Shown here in pieces: positions 35,877 through 49,056 of a DNA stretch of 64,000 nucleotides (position 1 is the first letter of the stretch; each line of letters begins with the position of its first letter). The stretch comes from Felis catus. Taxonomy: Eukaryota. The stretch lies in NCBI RefSeq assembly GCF_018350175.1, contig NC_058383.1, positions 27,716,001-27,780,000 on the forward strand, read 5' to 3'. The notes under the pieces were generated by a model, which was not told the DNA's origin, made no database searches, and saw only the letters and a list, made by a program, of their open reading frames with translations. A program made the translations under genes and the position numbers.

Positions 35877-36794
35877 AGAGCAGAAGCAAGGAAAATGCTC
35901 CTTTCACATTAGAAAACTTTCCATACCCTCCCCTGTACCTGCCAAGCCACCCCAGACTTCCCCACTCAAGTCCCAGATGCCCGTACCTTCCCTCACTCCA
36001 GGATATAGACGTGACCCTCCCGTCTTCTTTTAAGGTAAGGCAAGGCAAGACCTCCAGATTTAGGCACTAGTGCTCCTGGGACCCCTGGATGGTTTGCTGA
36101 GCAACAGGAGGAAGGCTGAGCAACAGGAGGGTGGCGAGCCATTCCTGCCCATAGAGCCCACGCTCACAATTCATTCACACACTTTCCTCTGGGCAAGGCA
36201 ACCATTTAAAAATCCTCCAACATGGGTCTTCCAGGAATTATAAAAATGGGAGTACATCCAGATTTGAGGATTGGTCGTCCCCAGTTCCCTGGTGCCACCC
36301 CAGCTGGAAGACAGCCAGGAAGTGGTTACACAGTCCCTTTGACAGAAATGGAGATTAGCAGGTGTTAAAGACAGATTAGCAACTAAATGAGTTTCTCACT
36401 GGCATAATTGGTATTCAAAAAGGAAGGGTTTTTAGAGAGAAGGTGGGCAGCTGCTGGGAGTGTTCTGTGACAAGAAGTCTGCCTGCACTTCCCAGGCCTG
36501 TGCACACTCAAGAAGGCAAAGCACAAAGCAGCCCATAACTGAATCTACAGCGCTCAGGCGGGCGCTCAGACAGAATGTGTATCTGAGGGAAGATGGGGTC
36601 AGAGCTGGTTTGCTTTCGTTGTCTGGGCACTTCCTGGGGATGGGAAGGAGGAAGCTCCATTTTTGCCCTTTCTTTTTGTCCAGACTCAGCGACTCAAGTT
36701 CTGACTGGAGTTCCAATCTTCCTGCCCCCTGAGGTTTGGCCCCTGGGCTAGAGAGCAGAGGGAAGAGTTTGAACAGTCTCAGAGGAAACAGCAT

Positions 36795-37160
36795 CGTGTT
36801 AGTTGGTTCGGGCTACTTCAACGAAAATACCATAGCCTGGGTGGCTTAACCATCAAACCTTCACTTACTCACAATTCTGAAAGCTGTTACATCTAAGATC
36901 AAGCTGCCAGCAGACCCTGTATCTGGTGGGAGTCCTTTTCCTGGTCTGCAGATGTATTCTTACTTGGCAGAGAGAGAGAGAGAGAGGACATCTCCCTGTC
37001 TCTTCTTAAAAGGGCACTAATGCCACTCATGACAGCTCCACCCTTATGACCTAATTACCTCTCCAAAGCCACACCTCCTAACACCATTCGTAACACCCAT
37101 TGGGGTGTCAGGCAGCAACATACAAAATTTGGGTGGGACACACACCTTCAATCCATAGCA
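36795..37160 (-). mobile_element. MaLR LTR (MLT1A-like)
   Basis: aaataccatagcctgggtggcttaa...aagggcactaatgccactcatgacagctccacccttatgacctaattacctc...tccatagca. Confidence 0.88.
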
Positions 37161-39149
37161 GACACCAAATATATATAGTCCATTAGGTTTTTCAAGAGGA
37201 AGAAAGCACCTACTACGTGCTGTGCATTTTACAGGGCCCTTTCGTCATTTTATATTAACCCAAAGGACAGATTAACCGAAAAGACCTCGTCCACATTAAG
37301 AGATCTGGCGTAAGAGAAACTAAAGACAGATTGAGTTCCTTGTTTCCTTCCTTCCTATGGTTTTGTATTTCCTTCCTAATGTTATTTTGAATTTGTTTGG
37401 GCTCAAATTATATTACACCCTTGTCATCTCCATTAGCTAAAATGTATTTATGGCTGATTATGCATGCAGAAAATAAATTAAATATCTGAATAACATTACC
37501 AGTAATTGGTGAAATTGCCTTATGTTTTCACATCCTTACAACAAAAAAGGCATCAACAAATGACCGGGAAAACAAAAGTATAATCCATTATAATTGTCCA
37601 TATTACCATAGAGATAGGACAGACACAATTATGGGCAATTTCAGTGTCTAAAAATCAAATGTGATGAAAATTATATTGAAGTTAACAAAAAAAATTACTT
37701 TAACTGGGGTTTTAAAACAAGTGCTAGTCGGGATGAAAGGAAACAGCCTATGATCTGAAAAATCAGCCACTGACTTGGGAGGCTGACACTGAATCTCCTA
37801 AGTTTCTACAAAAGATAGACCATTGCTGAAGTGTTCCTTTAGACCTGCTTGAGTGATTCTTCATGATACTGTCTCCCTTCAGATACCACTGGTTTATTGG
37901 TGAAATATTTATGCTGAATTAGGAAAAGACTCTAATGTGTTTTAGTTTCTAAGTACCTCAGTACCACCTCCAGCATAGCCCAATATACATACTCAATCAG
38001 ACTGGCTTAATCTCTCCTTCAGTTACATATCTGTGTTTTTTTAAAAAGGATACAAGTTTCAAATATTTTACCATAATAACTATCATGGTATAGAAATCGA
38101 CCAGTTCGGAAAGATGCCAGTTGTTGTATCAGAGCAGAATTCTGGGGCCCCTTTCGTGCAGGCAGGGGGCCCCAGTCACTGGGGTGCACAGAGAAGCTGC
38201 CATATACCAACCAATATGGAAGTCTTTTAACAACTCAACCATGGGGCAACTGGAGTAGTGTGTCCTGCTAAATGCCAGCACTGCAGACACACAGACAAAA
38301 GACCAAGTCTGGCCTCTCACTCTGCCTCATTTATCCAGGTGGCTTCTCTCAGCATCTTGCCAAATGGACACCCCAGGAAACTGCATCCCTGCAGAGCTCT
38401 GGCAGGTAATACGGAAGCCCACGCCAAAGACCATTAGTACAAGAACACACCTTCACTTTCAGCACCAACAGCGTGAAAAACCACAGAAAACCCCAGTCCT
38501 GCTCACACAACACCGAAGTTGGGGCCTAAACACAGAACAGTTTTGATTTTTAAAGCCAAAAATGTGTGAGATTTAAAACAGAAAGGTTCCAGAGCTACCT
38601 AAGGCAATCTAAGGAATAAGGCAATCTAAGGCAATCTAAGGAATAAGGTAAATCAACAAAGAGACATGTGGAAGGGCCTGCATTTTGACAGAAACAGCAC
38701 CCTTCCATTTACAGTGTCAGAGTGAACTTTATAACGTGCAGATCCAGTCACGTCATTCCTCAAAGTTCCTCAATCGCCAAACCTTTAGTATGGCACCCAA
38801 GGGACTTGCCTTCCCTAGTTTCTTGCTGCCTACACCCTCTACCTAAGCAATAACGAACCAACTGTGGTATCAGCACACATCATGTACTCATACTCCACTG
38901 AGTGGGCACCACATTACAACCCATGTCTTCAGTCTGGGAATTGTTTGCTAGAAAATGACCCAGTTGCCTTCATTCAAGTGTCCTGAATAACACAAGGCTT
39001 GGCACCTATTATGCTGCAATAATTTGGGCTGAATAGATAATTCAATTTCATCACCACAAATGGTGGCCAGACTATCACAGACCTCTGGGGAAATAAAGAT
39101 ATGTTCAATAGATTCTAAGATCACATGACCAAAAAGGAGCAGAATTTAA

Positions 39150-39860
39150 AAATTAAAAGACCAACCAAATCACCAAATAAAGATGAGGAAGAATTGGGAC
39201 TCTCATACGTTATCGATGGGAATGCATAAGGGTACAGCCACATGGAAAAACAATCTGGCAGCTTTTAAAAAGTTAAACATAAACCTACTGTATGATCCAG
39301 CCATTCCGTTCTTAAGTATTTATCCAAGAGAAATGAAAGTGTATATTCAGACAGACTTTTGACACAAATGTTCATACAAGCTTTATTTGTAGCAGGCAAA
39401 AACTGGAAACAGCCAAATGTGCTTAAACAAGTGAATAAGATAAACAAACTGGGGTGTATGATTACAATAGAATACTGTGCAGCCATAAAAAACAATGACC
39501 TAGTGATACACAACAACATGGATCAATCTTAAAGCAATGGTGCAGAATGAAATTAACCAGGCAAGAAGGGTGTATGCTATATGACTTCATGTATATAAAA
39601 TTCTAGAGAATGCAAAGTCATCTACAGTGACAGAAAGCGGGTCAGGGCTCCCTGGGGGATGGAAAGGGGAGGGGCAGGAAAGCGAGACTATAAAGGGGCA
39701 TGTGGGAATCTGGGGAGGTGATGGATATATTCATTATTTTTATTATGATGATGGTTTCCCAAGTATACAGACAAGCCAAAACTCAAGAATTCTATACTTT
39801 AAATGCGTGCCGCTAATTGTATGTCATTTATACTTCAATAAAGCTATAAAAAATTTTAAA
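39150..39860 (+). mobile_element. Old L1 (L1MB/ME-like) 3' end
   Basis: aaagttaaacataaacctactgtatgatccagccattc, aactggaaacagccaaatgt, ttatacttcaataaagct. Confidence 0.85.
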
Positions 39861-41845
39861 ACTAAGCATACGCTTTATGAGAAACCAGTCATCGTGGTTT
39901 GGGGAAATTATAATTAGATATGAAGAAGTAAAATGGGAATGCTCTGATTTTAGTAGTCTAGGTTAGACACTGGGAACAGTCTCCCTCTAAAAGAAGGACA
40001 AAATATAAGAAAAAAAAAAGTCTAACCATCAAGGCTGTCCAATGATAAAATACACTGACCTGATAGGTAGTAAGTCCCCAGTCCCTGGAAGTATTATTAA
40101 TCTGATGACCATTAACAGTCCTAAAAATGGATTTCTGCCCAGGTTGGGCAATTATCTCAAGACCCCTAAGATTCTTTTAAACTCTAAATTCACTCATTCA
40201 CTGAAATGGCACTGGCAGTGTGTATTTGCTATTAGGAAACTCCCTGTTACTGATGCTCATGAAAACAACCATTAGGAATTTTCTTCAAGAATAAAAGAAG
40301 TGAAAATAATTCAAAGGACTAGGACTTCAAAGAAGAGTTGAAAGGAAATCAGTTCTTCAGATATAGGAATTACAAGTGAGTACAAAGAGAACAGTGAGCG
40401 ATGGAACTTGGGAGAGAGGGTGCCTGGGTGGCAGATATTCTGGGTGTGAGACTATCTCAAGGGGGGGCGGGTGGTGCAGCACTGGGGTCTACACAACCTA
40501 GGGTGCTTATGTAAGAAACTGAGAACCAGAGGTCTCAGCAGGGGTGGGGAGGCTGGGGTCTAGGGACGTTTTATCATAGATGCTGATGGACTTGATCTGG
40601 AATCATCTTTTAAAGAACAAAATACAACCCCGTGTTCAAAAGCTTCCAATAGTTTCCCATAGTACTTAGAATACCATTAAAATTCTTTAACAGGGTTGCA
40701 TGGGTACTGCTACATGAAAATATCGAGACTCAGAGAAACACACAACAAAAATGGGATGGTATTAAAAACAAAGACGATAAAAATTCCTTGTGTGTATGTG
40801 GATTCCACACGAGCATTTCACACAAAGGCATCACTCTCGATGATGACACTAAATTAAAACTTCTCCTAAAGCCTGTCCCAGGTCCCCCATAGCCCCACTC
40901 TGGCATATGGTACTGCTCTGAGGGGGAGACAGGGATAATTGCTGGAAGCAGAGGGGGTCCTTCAAGGAGCAGTTGTGATCCCCACCAGCCACCTGGATGA
41001 AGCAATTAAATGATCGAATGAGTGAATAGTAACAAGATGCCAAAGGGATGAAAATTGACTTGGGTAAAGGGAAAATGAGGTCAATTTCCTCACTCCTGAA
41101 AAACAAGGTGAGTGTTAAGGGCAGATTCTTCTCTTTATCCCACAACTCCTCTTTGGCTCATAGAGGACAGGACAACACTCTGATCTTGTGAGAAGGAAGT
41201 TGCTTTGTCTTCCCCCAAAGGAAAGAGGAAAGGACTAAAATAAGTGGTCAGAGGGCAACACCTACCGGATCGTGGTTTCCTAAAGGACAGGGATGGGGTG
41301 CCCCAGAGGTAGAGCCCACTGTTGACCACTCTCTCTTTCAATACATCCTAGACATCCCTTTCCTTCTATCGTCTGTGTCCCACAGGCCTATAGGGCTCAT
41401 CCCCATAGCTGGATGGGTAACTCAAGTCAGACCTGACCTATAAATCTACTGTCTTCAATGACATGGAGACATAGTAGGAGGCTCTACTCAGCCTCAGGCC
41501 ACGTTGTTATTCAAAGTTTAACTGAAGACTCTGCTTTGGATGTCGTTAGGGGTGCTGGATAACTGTCCACAAAATGGAACCATGTGCAGCTTTGTGAGGG
41601 AGCCCATGAGTCAGAATCCTGGAAGAGAAGTGAAGAGACTGGTAGGATATGACCACCATGAAGTCTTAAACTGTGACAAGAACCACTGGAGTTACACAAA
41701 ACAACCAGCAAATGAGTCTATGAATATACATTGGCCTTAGGCACTTGTCTACCTCCTGGCAACACCACCACCGCCATCACCACTGTGATTCTCATCTCAT
41801 GAGATCTCATCTCCATTTCACATATGATTAAGTGGAGACACAGAG

Positions 41846-42201
41846 CACCGTGGACTGAATGTGTCCCTCAAATTCCTTGTGTTGAAACCTAATCCCTTAT
41901 GAGACAACATTAGGAGATGAGGCCTTTGAGAGGTGATTAGGTCATGACGGTGGAGCCTTCACAAATGGGATCAGTGCTCTTATAAAAGAGACCCCACAGA
42001 ACTCCCTAGCCTCTTTCACCATGTGAGAACACAGCAAGAAGATGGCCATCTATGAATCAGGAACCAGGCTCTTACCACACACCAAGTCTGCCAGCACCCT
42101 GATCTTGGACTTCCCAGCCTCCAGAACTGCGACAAACGTCTTCTGTTAATAAGCTACCCAGTTGGTGGTACTATGTTATAGCATCCAAATGGATGAAGAT
42201 G
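41846..42201 (+). mobile_element. MaLR LTR (MLT1A0-like) inserted in a MIR
   Basis: tggactgaatgtgtccctcaaattc...gatcttggacttcccagcctccagaactg...aagctacccag...gttatagca. Confidence 0.88.
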
Positions 42202-42635
42202 TGGAGAGTTAAAACAACTGGTAGAGACACTGGGCTAGTTCCAGACAGCCCTTAATCACTGCACTATTCTATCTTTGTAAACACATGAGAATATATTATA
42301 ATGATTATTATGTTATTATTATAACCTGTAAGGAAAAATATTAAACCAAGTATGCCCAGCTGCTCTCTAAGCCAAAGATAGGCAGACAAAGCACAGAAAA
42401 AGCAGTACGGTTCAGTGGGCAGAGCTCAGAGCATGGTCCCAGAACACCAGGGTTCAAGTTTCAGTTCTACCATGAAATTTCAGCTCCTTCAGCTGGGAAA
42501 CTCTGTGCCTTGGCAAGGCTCACACAAGACCACACACACGAAAGCATTTTACACATGAATTGCTATGTCTGAACAAGCATATGCTTGATATGCTTGTGGT
42601 ATCAGTTGTCACAAGTCATCAACTTGGAGTTGACC

Positions 42636-42810
42636 CAGTGGTTCTCTACCCAGGGTGTCACAACTTGCGGGGGAGGACTGGCTACTGACATGTAGGGTAG
42701 TGGCCAGGGATGCTGCTAAAGGTCCTACATTGCACAAGACAGCCCCCCCCCCCCAAACAAAGAATTATCCAGCCCAAAATATCAAGAGTACCAAGGCTGG
42801 GAAAAACTAG
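42636..42810. mobile_element. MER20-like hAT MITE (internally deleted)
   Basis: ggccagggatgctgctaaa...cctacattgcacaagacagcccc...aaagaattatccagcccaaaatatcaa. Confidence 0.85.
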
Positions 42811-42989
42811 CTTGGCATAAATTCATGTGTTACCACAATTCAGGAACAGACTGGATATATACATTTGTAGAACATTAGTATAGAAAAACAAAGGAATAAT
42901 CAAGCCCTGCACAGTAGACAATCTTAAAGGGCAATGTCACAATAAGTAAACAGGATATAAACAAGCCAGAAAGACTAAGAGATAAGCTA

Positions 42990-43150
42990 TACCCTCACTA
43001 CTCAAAGTGTGGTCCATGGACCAGCTTCACCCTCACTTGGACCCCGTTAGAGAGAATCACAGACTCTATCCCAGACCTACTGAATCAGAATCTGAATTTT
43101 AATAAGAATGGAGGTGATTCACAGGTATGTTAAAATTTGAAAAATCCTGT
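42990..43150. mobile_element. MER5A hAT MITE
   Basis: ctactcaaagtgtggtccatggaccagc...cccagacctactgaatcagaatctg. Confidence 0.8.
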
Positions 43151-43725
43151 CCTAGAACCTATACTCAATGGCGGGTTTCTTACCCAAACCAGTCTTACCA
43201 GTCTGACTAGTCCAGAAACTAAGATCTCTTTAAGATGAGCCCAGCTGAAGTCTCCCTCTTGGCTATAACCCAGCTCCATCCACAGGTAGCATTTCCACCT
43301 GGATACTCTCCATTTGGATAACAGAGTGTCCCCCAGGCACAACACCAGGGCCTTCTCTCTCTGTGTTCACAAAGTAGAGCGCTGAATATAATGAAATATG
43401 GCACATCATCAATACCCCCCATGCAGAAACTGCACAAAATGCCACAGCTGAAAGATTCTTTGAAGAGGAAAAGAAAATTCTATTGCAACTTTTATTTGGA
43501 GTTTGATTGCTTCATTGCCTCTTGCCCTCCAGGTGAAGGGGCAGCCAAGAAAAATGCATTGTGTGAAACTATGAACTTGGATAACGTTCTGAATGTGGCT
43601 TAGACTGTGCTCTGTTGCACTAAGAAGGGAAAAAAGGTGCCCTGCATCAGCCCCAAAGCCAAAAATTCAAGGAAATTCAAGGAATAGATGTTCATAAGAA
43701 CTCAGTATTTATCAAGCACTGGCCC

Positions 43726-44434
43726 TGATGGGGTTTCAGAGTGACGGTGGGTTCCGGAGCCGGCGGCCAAGAAAGAATTCTTAAGAAGTCTCTGGTGCTA
43801 AAAGGTGATTTTATTAAAGCAAGGGGATAGGACCCACGGGCAGGAAGAGCTGGCCCTGGGGTTATGAAGAGCGACTGTTTATAGACTATGGAGTTGGGGG
43901 AGGTAAAGGCAGAAGGGAGGCCTCCAGAAGGACTTTGATATACTAATGAGGACTCCTAAGATACCCAAGGCCCGGCTATTGTCAAACTGGGCTAGTTTGT
44001 TTACCCTCTGGTAAGGCATTAACATTAGGAAGGTAGGGGGTTCCTAGAGAAATGTTTTACTCTGTATTTGCCTCAAGTTAGTTGTCAATGGGCTGCAAGT
44101 TATAAAGAAATTTAATTTTACCTGCCATTTCCTTCTTGTCTTTGTTCCCCACAGCACTATGGAGGGGAGGGTGATGTTGGGGCTCCAGGAAACTGAGTCC
44201 ATAGGTTTCTGGACATTAGTCTATTAATAAGATTGCTATTGACAAGATTATCAAGACATTAGCAAACTGATGGAGACTCAGGTCCAGCCTGTGATCTCTA
44301 TCAGTTAACCATTTGATTTCCCCTTTCCTTTGTTCTTGGGCAGCCTGGAGGGCCTGAGGGAGGAATGTCATATATATCCCACCTTGGGGGGGGCGGGGTT
44401 GTGGGGTGTCAGTTTGCCTCAAGTTCCCTCATCA
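43726..44434 (-). mobile_element. Carnivore ERV1-class solo LTR (709 bp) inserted in a MIR
   Basis: tgatg...catca inverted ends; 4-bp TSD gccc at 43722-43725 and 44435-44438; polyA signal on the minus strand near 43810. Confidence 0.9.
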
Positions 44435-44438
44435 GCCC

Positions 44439-44650
44439 TATTCTAAGCATTTGACATATATTAACTCCTTTCATATCTAGGAGATATCACCTACCCTATG
44501 AGGCAGGAACTATCAATATCCCCAATTCACAGATGAAGAAACTCAGCACAGAGAAATTAAATAACTTCCCACAGTCAGAAGTGGAAAAGCAGAGATTTGA
44601 ACCCACTATGTCTGGATTTAGAGCCAGAGCTCTTAACCCCTCCACCATAC
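44439..44650 (-). mobile_element. MIR SINE (remainder; a short other part lies at ~43700-43725)
   Basis: cacagatgaagaaactcagcacagagaaattaaataacttccc...agatttgaaccc...agagccagagctcttaacc. Confidence 0.8.
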
Positions 44651-45770
44651 TGATGACATTTAACTGTGTATCAGGGACTCCCCAAGGATTTTATGAGAAT
44701 CAGTAAGATGGAATTTCTTTCCTGATGCAATACTCAGCCTGGTAAAGGGCGGGAGATAAATGAATATAACACAGCATATTAGGCACTTAGAGAAAATGTG
44801 CCATTTTCTCTGGTTAGCACCATCCCATCCCTCCCTACTCTCTGTCCTTATTCTAATTTGACTCAATGCTTTGGAACTGAGAAACATGTTACAACTTATC
44901 AGTTACCTTCTAGGAAGTCATTAAATAATGGCTGAATGAATGAATAAAGTAATTCATGAACGAATGTGGTCCTACAGTGAGATCTGGAGACAGTAAGGCA
45001 CTTTGAATACTAATGGGCTCTTAGAGTGAATATCTGCTTTTTTTCCCTATCCAACACTATTCCCCAAGCTCCATCCTTATTCATGGAATTGCCTCTTCAC
45101 CCCAACTCCACCCACGTGGCTCCCAATGGAACTCCCATGGCTTGCACTGCAGATCCCTGGCCTTAGGTGACTGACCAGGGATGAGCTCCTACAATGACCT
45201 GGGCCAGTAAGTTCCCTTCCTCAGGAATTTTGGAATCAGGAGGGAAAAAAATCCGAACAACCTCTCTAAGATAATTAAAACTGTACGATGAAAATAAAAA
45301 ATGGAATCTATTGGCGTCCACATTTTCAACCCCAGGGAGAAGGCTTGATGAGTAAGAGAGCCACATAAAGCTCTGTGCTAATGGGCAGCCAAGAGCCAAA
45401 GAGGAGAGATGGGGAGAAGTAACTTCTGACATCATTCAAGTCTCTGCTTCCAGACACGTAGCTTCTCTGAGCTTTCATTTCCTCTTTTCTAAAACTAAGG
45501 TAAGGGAAATTACATCTTAAAAGGCTCTCATCCCACCACTGTTGAAGGAAGAAGGGTCTCCAACCAGACAACATCCAAGGAATGGGGAAAGTTGACCCTC
45601 CCTCCTATCTTCACTCTCATGGCCCCCAGTTGAGAGAATCTAGGTCCCATCATTCTTGAGTTCCAACAAATAGCCTTCTGACTCCTGCCCACATGTGATA
45701 TGGAGAAAGAGTTGCTCTGACGGGCAGTATGAACAGGTCAGCCTCTATGTCAGTTAAGTGGCATTTTAAA

Positions 45771-45984
45771 AAAATTTAATGTTTATTTATTTTTGAGAGA
45801 GAAACAAGGACAGAGTGCAAGTTGGGAAGAGGCAGAGAGAGATAGGGAGGCACATAATGTAAGCCAGGCTCCAGGTTCTGAACTATCAGCACAGAGCCCA
45901 ACACGGGGCTTGAACACACAAACCTCAAGATTGTGACCTGAGCTGAAGTCAGACGCTTAACCGACTGAGCCACCCAGGTCCCCC
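45771..45984 (-). mobile_element. Can-SINE (SINEC_Fc type)
   Basis: Reverse SINE; TSD aagtggcattttaaa / aaatgacattttaaa. Confidence 0.93.
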
Positions 45985-46393
45985 ACAAATGACATTTTAA
46001 ATGCACACAACTTACCACCTGTCTTTGAATGCCATGAGCCATTTCTCAAGGTCTGCTCACCAGGATGGGCTCAGCATTCAAATTCTATTCCTGTAGGGCT
46101 GCAGGATCATGCCCTCTTGGTTCCCACCAAACATCTGGCCTCAACAAGGAGGTTTTCCACATCTGTTACAAGGCTGCATTGCTCCTCAATGAAGAAGCAC
46201 AGTAGCTTCAGTGAATTCCAACCACAGAGTGCCGATAGAAATAGCCCTTAAAATTCCCTAGACCTATGATTTTCACATTTTTCTTTGAGGATCCTCAGAG
46301 GTAACCTAAGGAGAAGGGGGAAGGTTAAATGGGATGGTCCTTCTACTGGCTTCCACCATTGTAGTTCTTTTCTGATGTATTTTAGATTTAACT

Positions 46394-46912
46394 TGTATTA
46401 GGGTTCACCAGGGAAATACAACCCATAGGACACAGACAGATATTCAGATAGAGAAAGATAGACAGACATGAAGATTTATTATAGAAATTGTCTCAATTGG
46501 TTGTAGAAACCAAGAAGTCCTATAGCTTGCTGTCTGCAAGCCAGAGAACAAGGAAAGTTGGTGGTATATTTCAGTCTAAGTCCAACAGCTTGGGAATCAC
46601 AGGACCCAATGATGTAAATCGTTGTCAGAGTCTGAAAGCCTAAGAACCTGGAGCAGAGATGTCTGAGGACAGGAGAATATGACACCTCAGCCAAAGCAGA
46701 GGGACAGACTTTGCCCTCTCTCCACATTTTGCTCTACTCAGGCTCCCAATGGATTTACATTGGTAAAGGAGATTTTCTCTACTCTGTCTGCTGATTCAGA
46801 TGCTAATCTCTTCTGGAAATATCCTCAAAGATACATCCAGAAATAATGTTTGACCAGCTATCTGGGCATTCCTTAGCCCAGTGAAGTTGGGACATAAAAA
46901 CGAACTGTCACA
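46394..46912 (-). mobile_element. ERVL LTR (MLT2-like) solo LTR
   Basis: tgtattagggttcaccaggg...tgctaatctcttctggaaa...ccagaaataatgtttgaccagctatctgggcattccttagcccag...tcaca; TSD taact/taaat. Confidence 0.9.
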
Positions 46913-48789
46913 TAAATGTAATACGTTCTGACTTTCCATTCTATTTAGAAATTTAAAAAGGCAACCATATGCCACTAAATTAATGTCATAATCTCCTAAT
47001 GGATCCCAAACTGAAGTTGGAAAAACATTACTCTAACCTGCCCACAAAGCACTTTCCAGCTTGGATTTACTTAAGTTCACTGCATCAAGATCACAAACTA
47101 CTTTCTATCAGACAGCAAGGAACATGTTGAATTTAAGCCCCATGTAGTTGGCTAGCACAATGTTTAAAAAAAAAAAAAAAAACCCATTCCCAAAGTTTTA
47201 AATGGAGACATGTACATTGTACAATTCTAGCCTTCCTTGTGGGGCAGGAGTGGGGTGAGGCTGGGAATAGGGAAGAAACAGAAGGTTGTGCAACACAGGT
47301 TCTATATTCCCACATAGCTACAATGGGCTGAATCTGAGTAGTGGCCACTGAGTTAGATGGAGAGTTCCCCTTCCAGCTGGCCAAGGTCCCTTTTGCTTAT
47401 GACAATCCCAACAATACGGAAAAAGATGTCCGATGTCTTCCCTCAACTCAGACCTTTCCTAAAACGTAAGTCCGGACAGGAAGCAATTCCAACGCTACTT
47501 GGGCTCACCCCAAGGTCGCCCTGACTTCCACATGTCAAACCTCCCACTGCAAATTCCTTCTCACCAGTGATTCGGGAAGTACAGCCAGCTCTCCATTTGA
47601 TAAATACCCTTTGCTAAGATGCAGGTCAGTGTAATTTTCCAAAAGGTTAGGAGGAGTGACTGCTCAGAGAGGGCTCGCCTATTATTTCAAATGCCACATG
47701 TCCCATTCTCTAACATTTACTGAGTTATTTACAACTTGATTCTTGCCACACCTGCCAGAGTATCTGACCTACTCCTGCCTCCCTTCCAGGCATCATCTCT
47801 TCAACCCTGAAATGGGAACTGGAGGCCACAGGGCCATGCCTCGTGGAGTCGGGATGGTCTCTAAGCTAAGATAGAGAAGCTACCTTAATGGGTAATTTTT
47901 GCACCAAGTCATGCTTAAAAGTCATCAATAAAATTCACCTATTTTGAGGGATGCCAGGTTGTTAATTGTATCCATGTGGCTGGCTGCAAATGTTTAGTCC
48001 ATTTTCAATTTGCTCAGACAGATTAAAAAACCAATACTAATGTTTTAAACTAGCAGGCCTCAAAAACACTTCATTACTTCTTTAAATAACGCAGGGCATT
48101 TGTATGGGTCAATTATTTCAGTTCTCCCCATAAGCCTGCTGAAGTTTCAATAAAAATTTTTAATAAGAGTACCATCAAGTATCATCTCTTCTGTGTCTAC
48201 TATGTACCAAGCAGACATGTACTGTTCAGTTCTTCACTATGTAGATAGACAGAAAGAGAGAGATACAGGTAATTGTTTAACTCACAACATCTCTGCAAGT
48301 TCGATTATCAAGAGAGTCAAACTCCTTTTTACAAATTAAAAACCCAAGGCTCAGAGAGCTTCAATATCTTCCCCATGGCCACTTGGACTGCAATCCTGCC
48401 TCCCTCACTTAGTAGCTATGGGACCTTGGGCAAGTCATTTAGTCTCTCTAAGACTCAGCTTCCTCAACTAGAAAGGGGGACACTAATAGGGCTATCATGG
48501 GAGAAAAAATACTGTGCGTAAGGCACATCACCCTGTGGCCAGAGCTGTGATAAATAAACGTTAGATACCGTCACGGGTAGCTACCTAAAGGCAGCTGTCT
48601 GAGCAGTTACTAGAGCCATGATCGAGAATCTACAAGAACAGAACATGATGGATTTTCTACTGGGACAAAATGACCACCTTTCATCCCACCCCATATCCAC
48701 TCTCCTACCCCCTTGGCCACCCACAATGCTCCTCCTGCACCGCAGAGAGAAAGCTGTCTGCCAGGGTTTGAAAAGTAGGCAACTGAAAG

Positions 48790-49056
48790 GCCACCTTTGT
48801 CAGTCCAACTTAGGCTCAAGGTTCACAAGTTCGAGCCCCACATTGGGCTCTCTGCTGTCAGCACAGAGCCCGCTTCGGATCCTCTGTCTCCCTCTCTCTC
48901 TTCCCCTTCCCTGCGTGTGCATGCACAGCATGCTGTGCTTGACAGCTCAGAGCCTGAAGCCTGCTTCGGATTCTGTGTCTCCCTCTCTCTCTGCCCTTCC
49001 CCTGCTCATGGTCTGTCTCTCTCTGTCTCAAAAATAAATTAAAAAAAAAAAAAAAA
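48790..49056 (+). mobile_element. Chimeric/dimeric Can-SINE (two subfamily 3' halves joined)
   Basis: ctctctgctgtcagcacagagcccgcttcggatcc body followed by a gctgtgcttgacagctcagagcctgaagcctgcttcggattc body and a single polyA. Confidence 0.85.

Noticed and set aside
38019..38320. Overlapping minus-strand ORFs as a coding exon
   Set aside because: In-frame stops nearby, no convincing acceptor and no recognisable protein similarity
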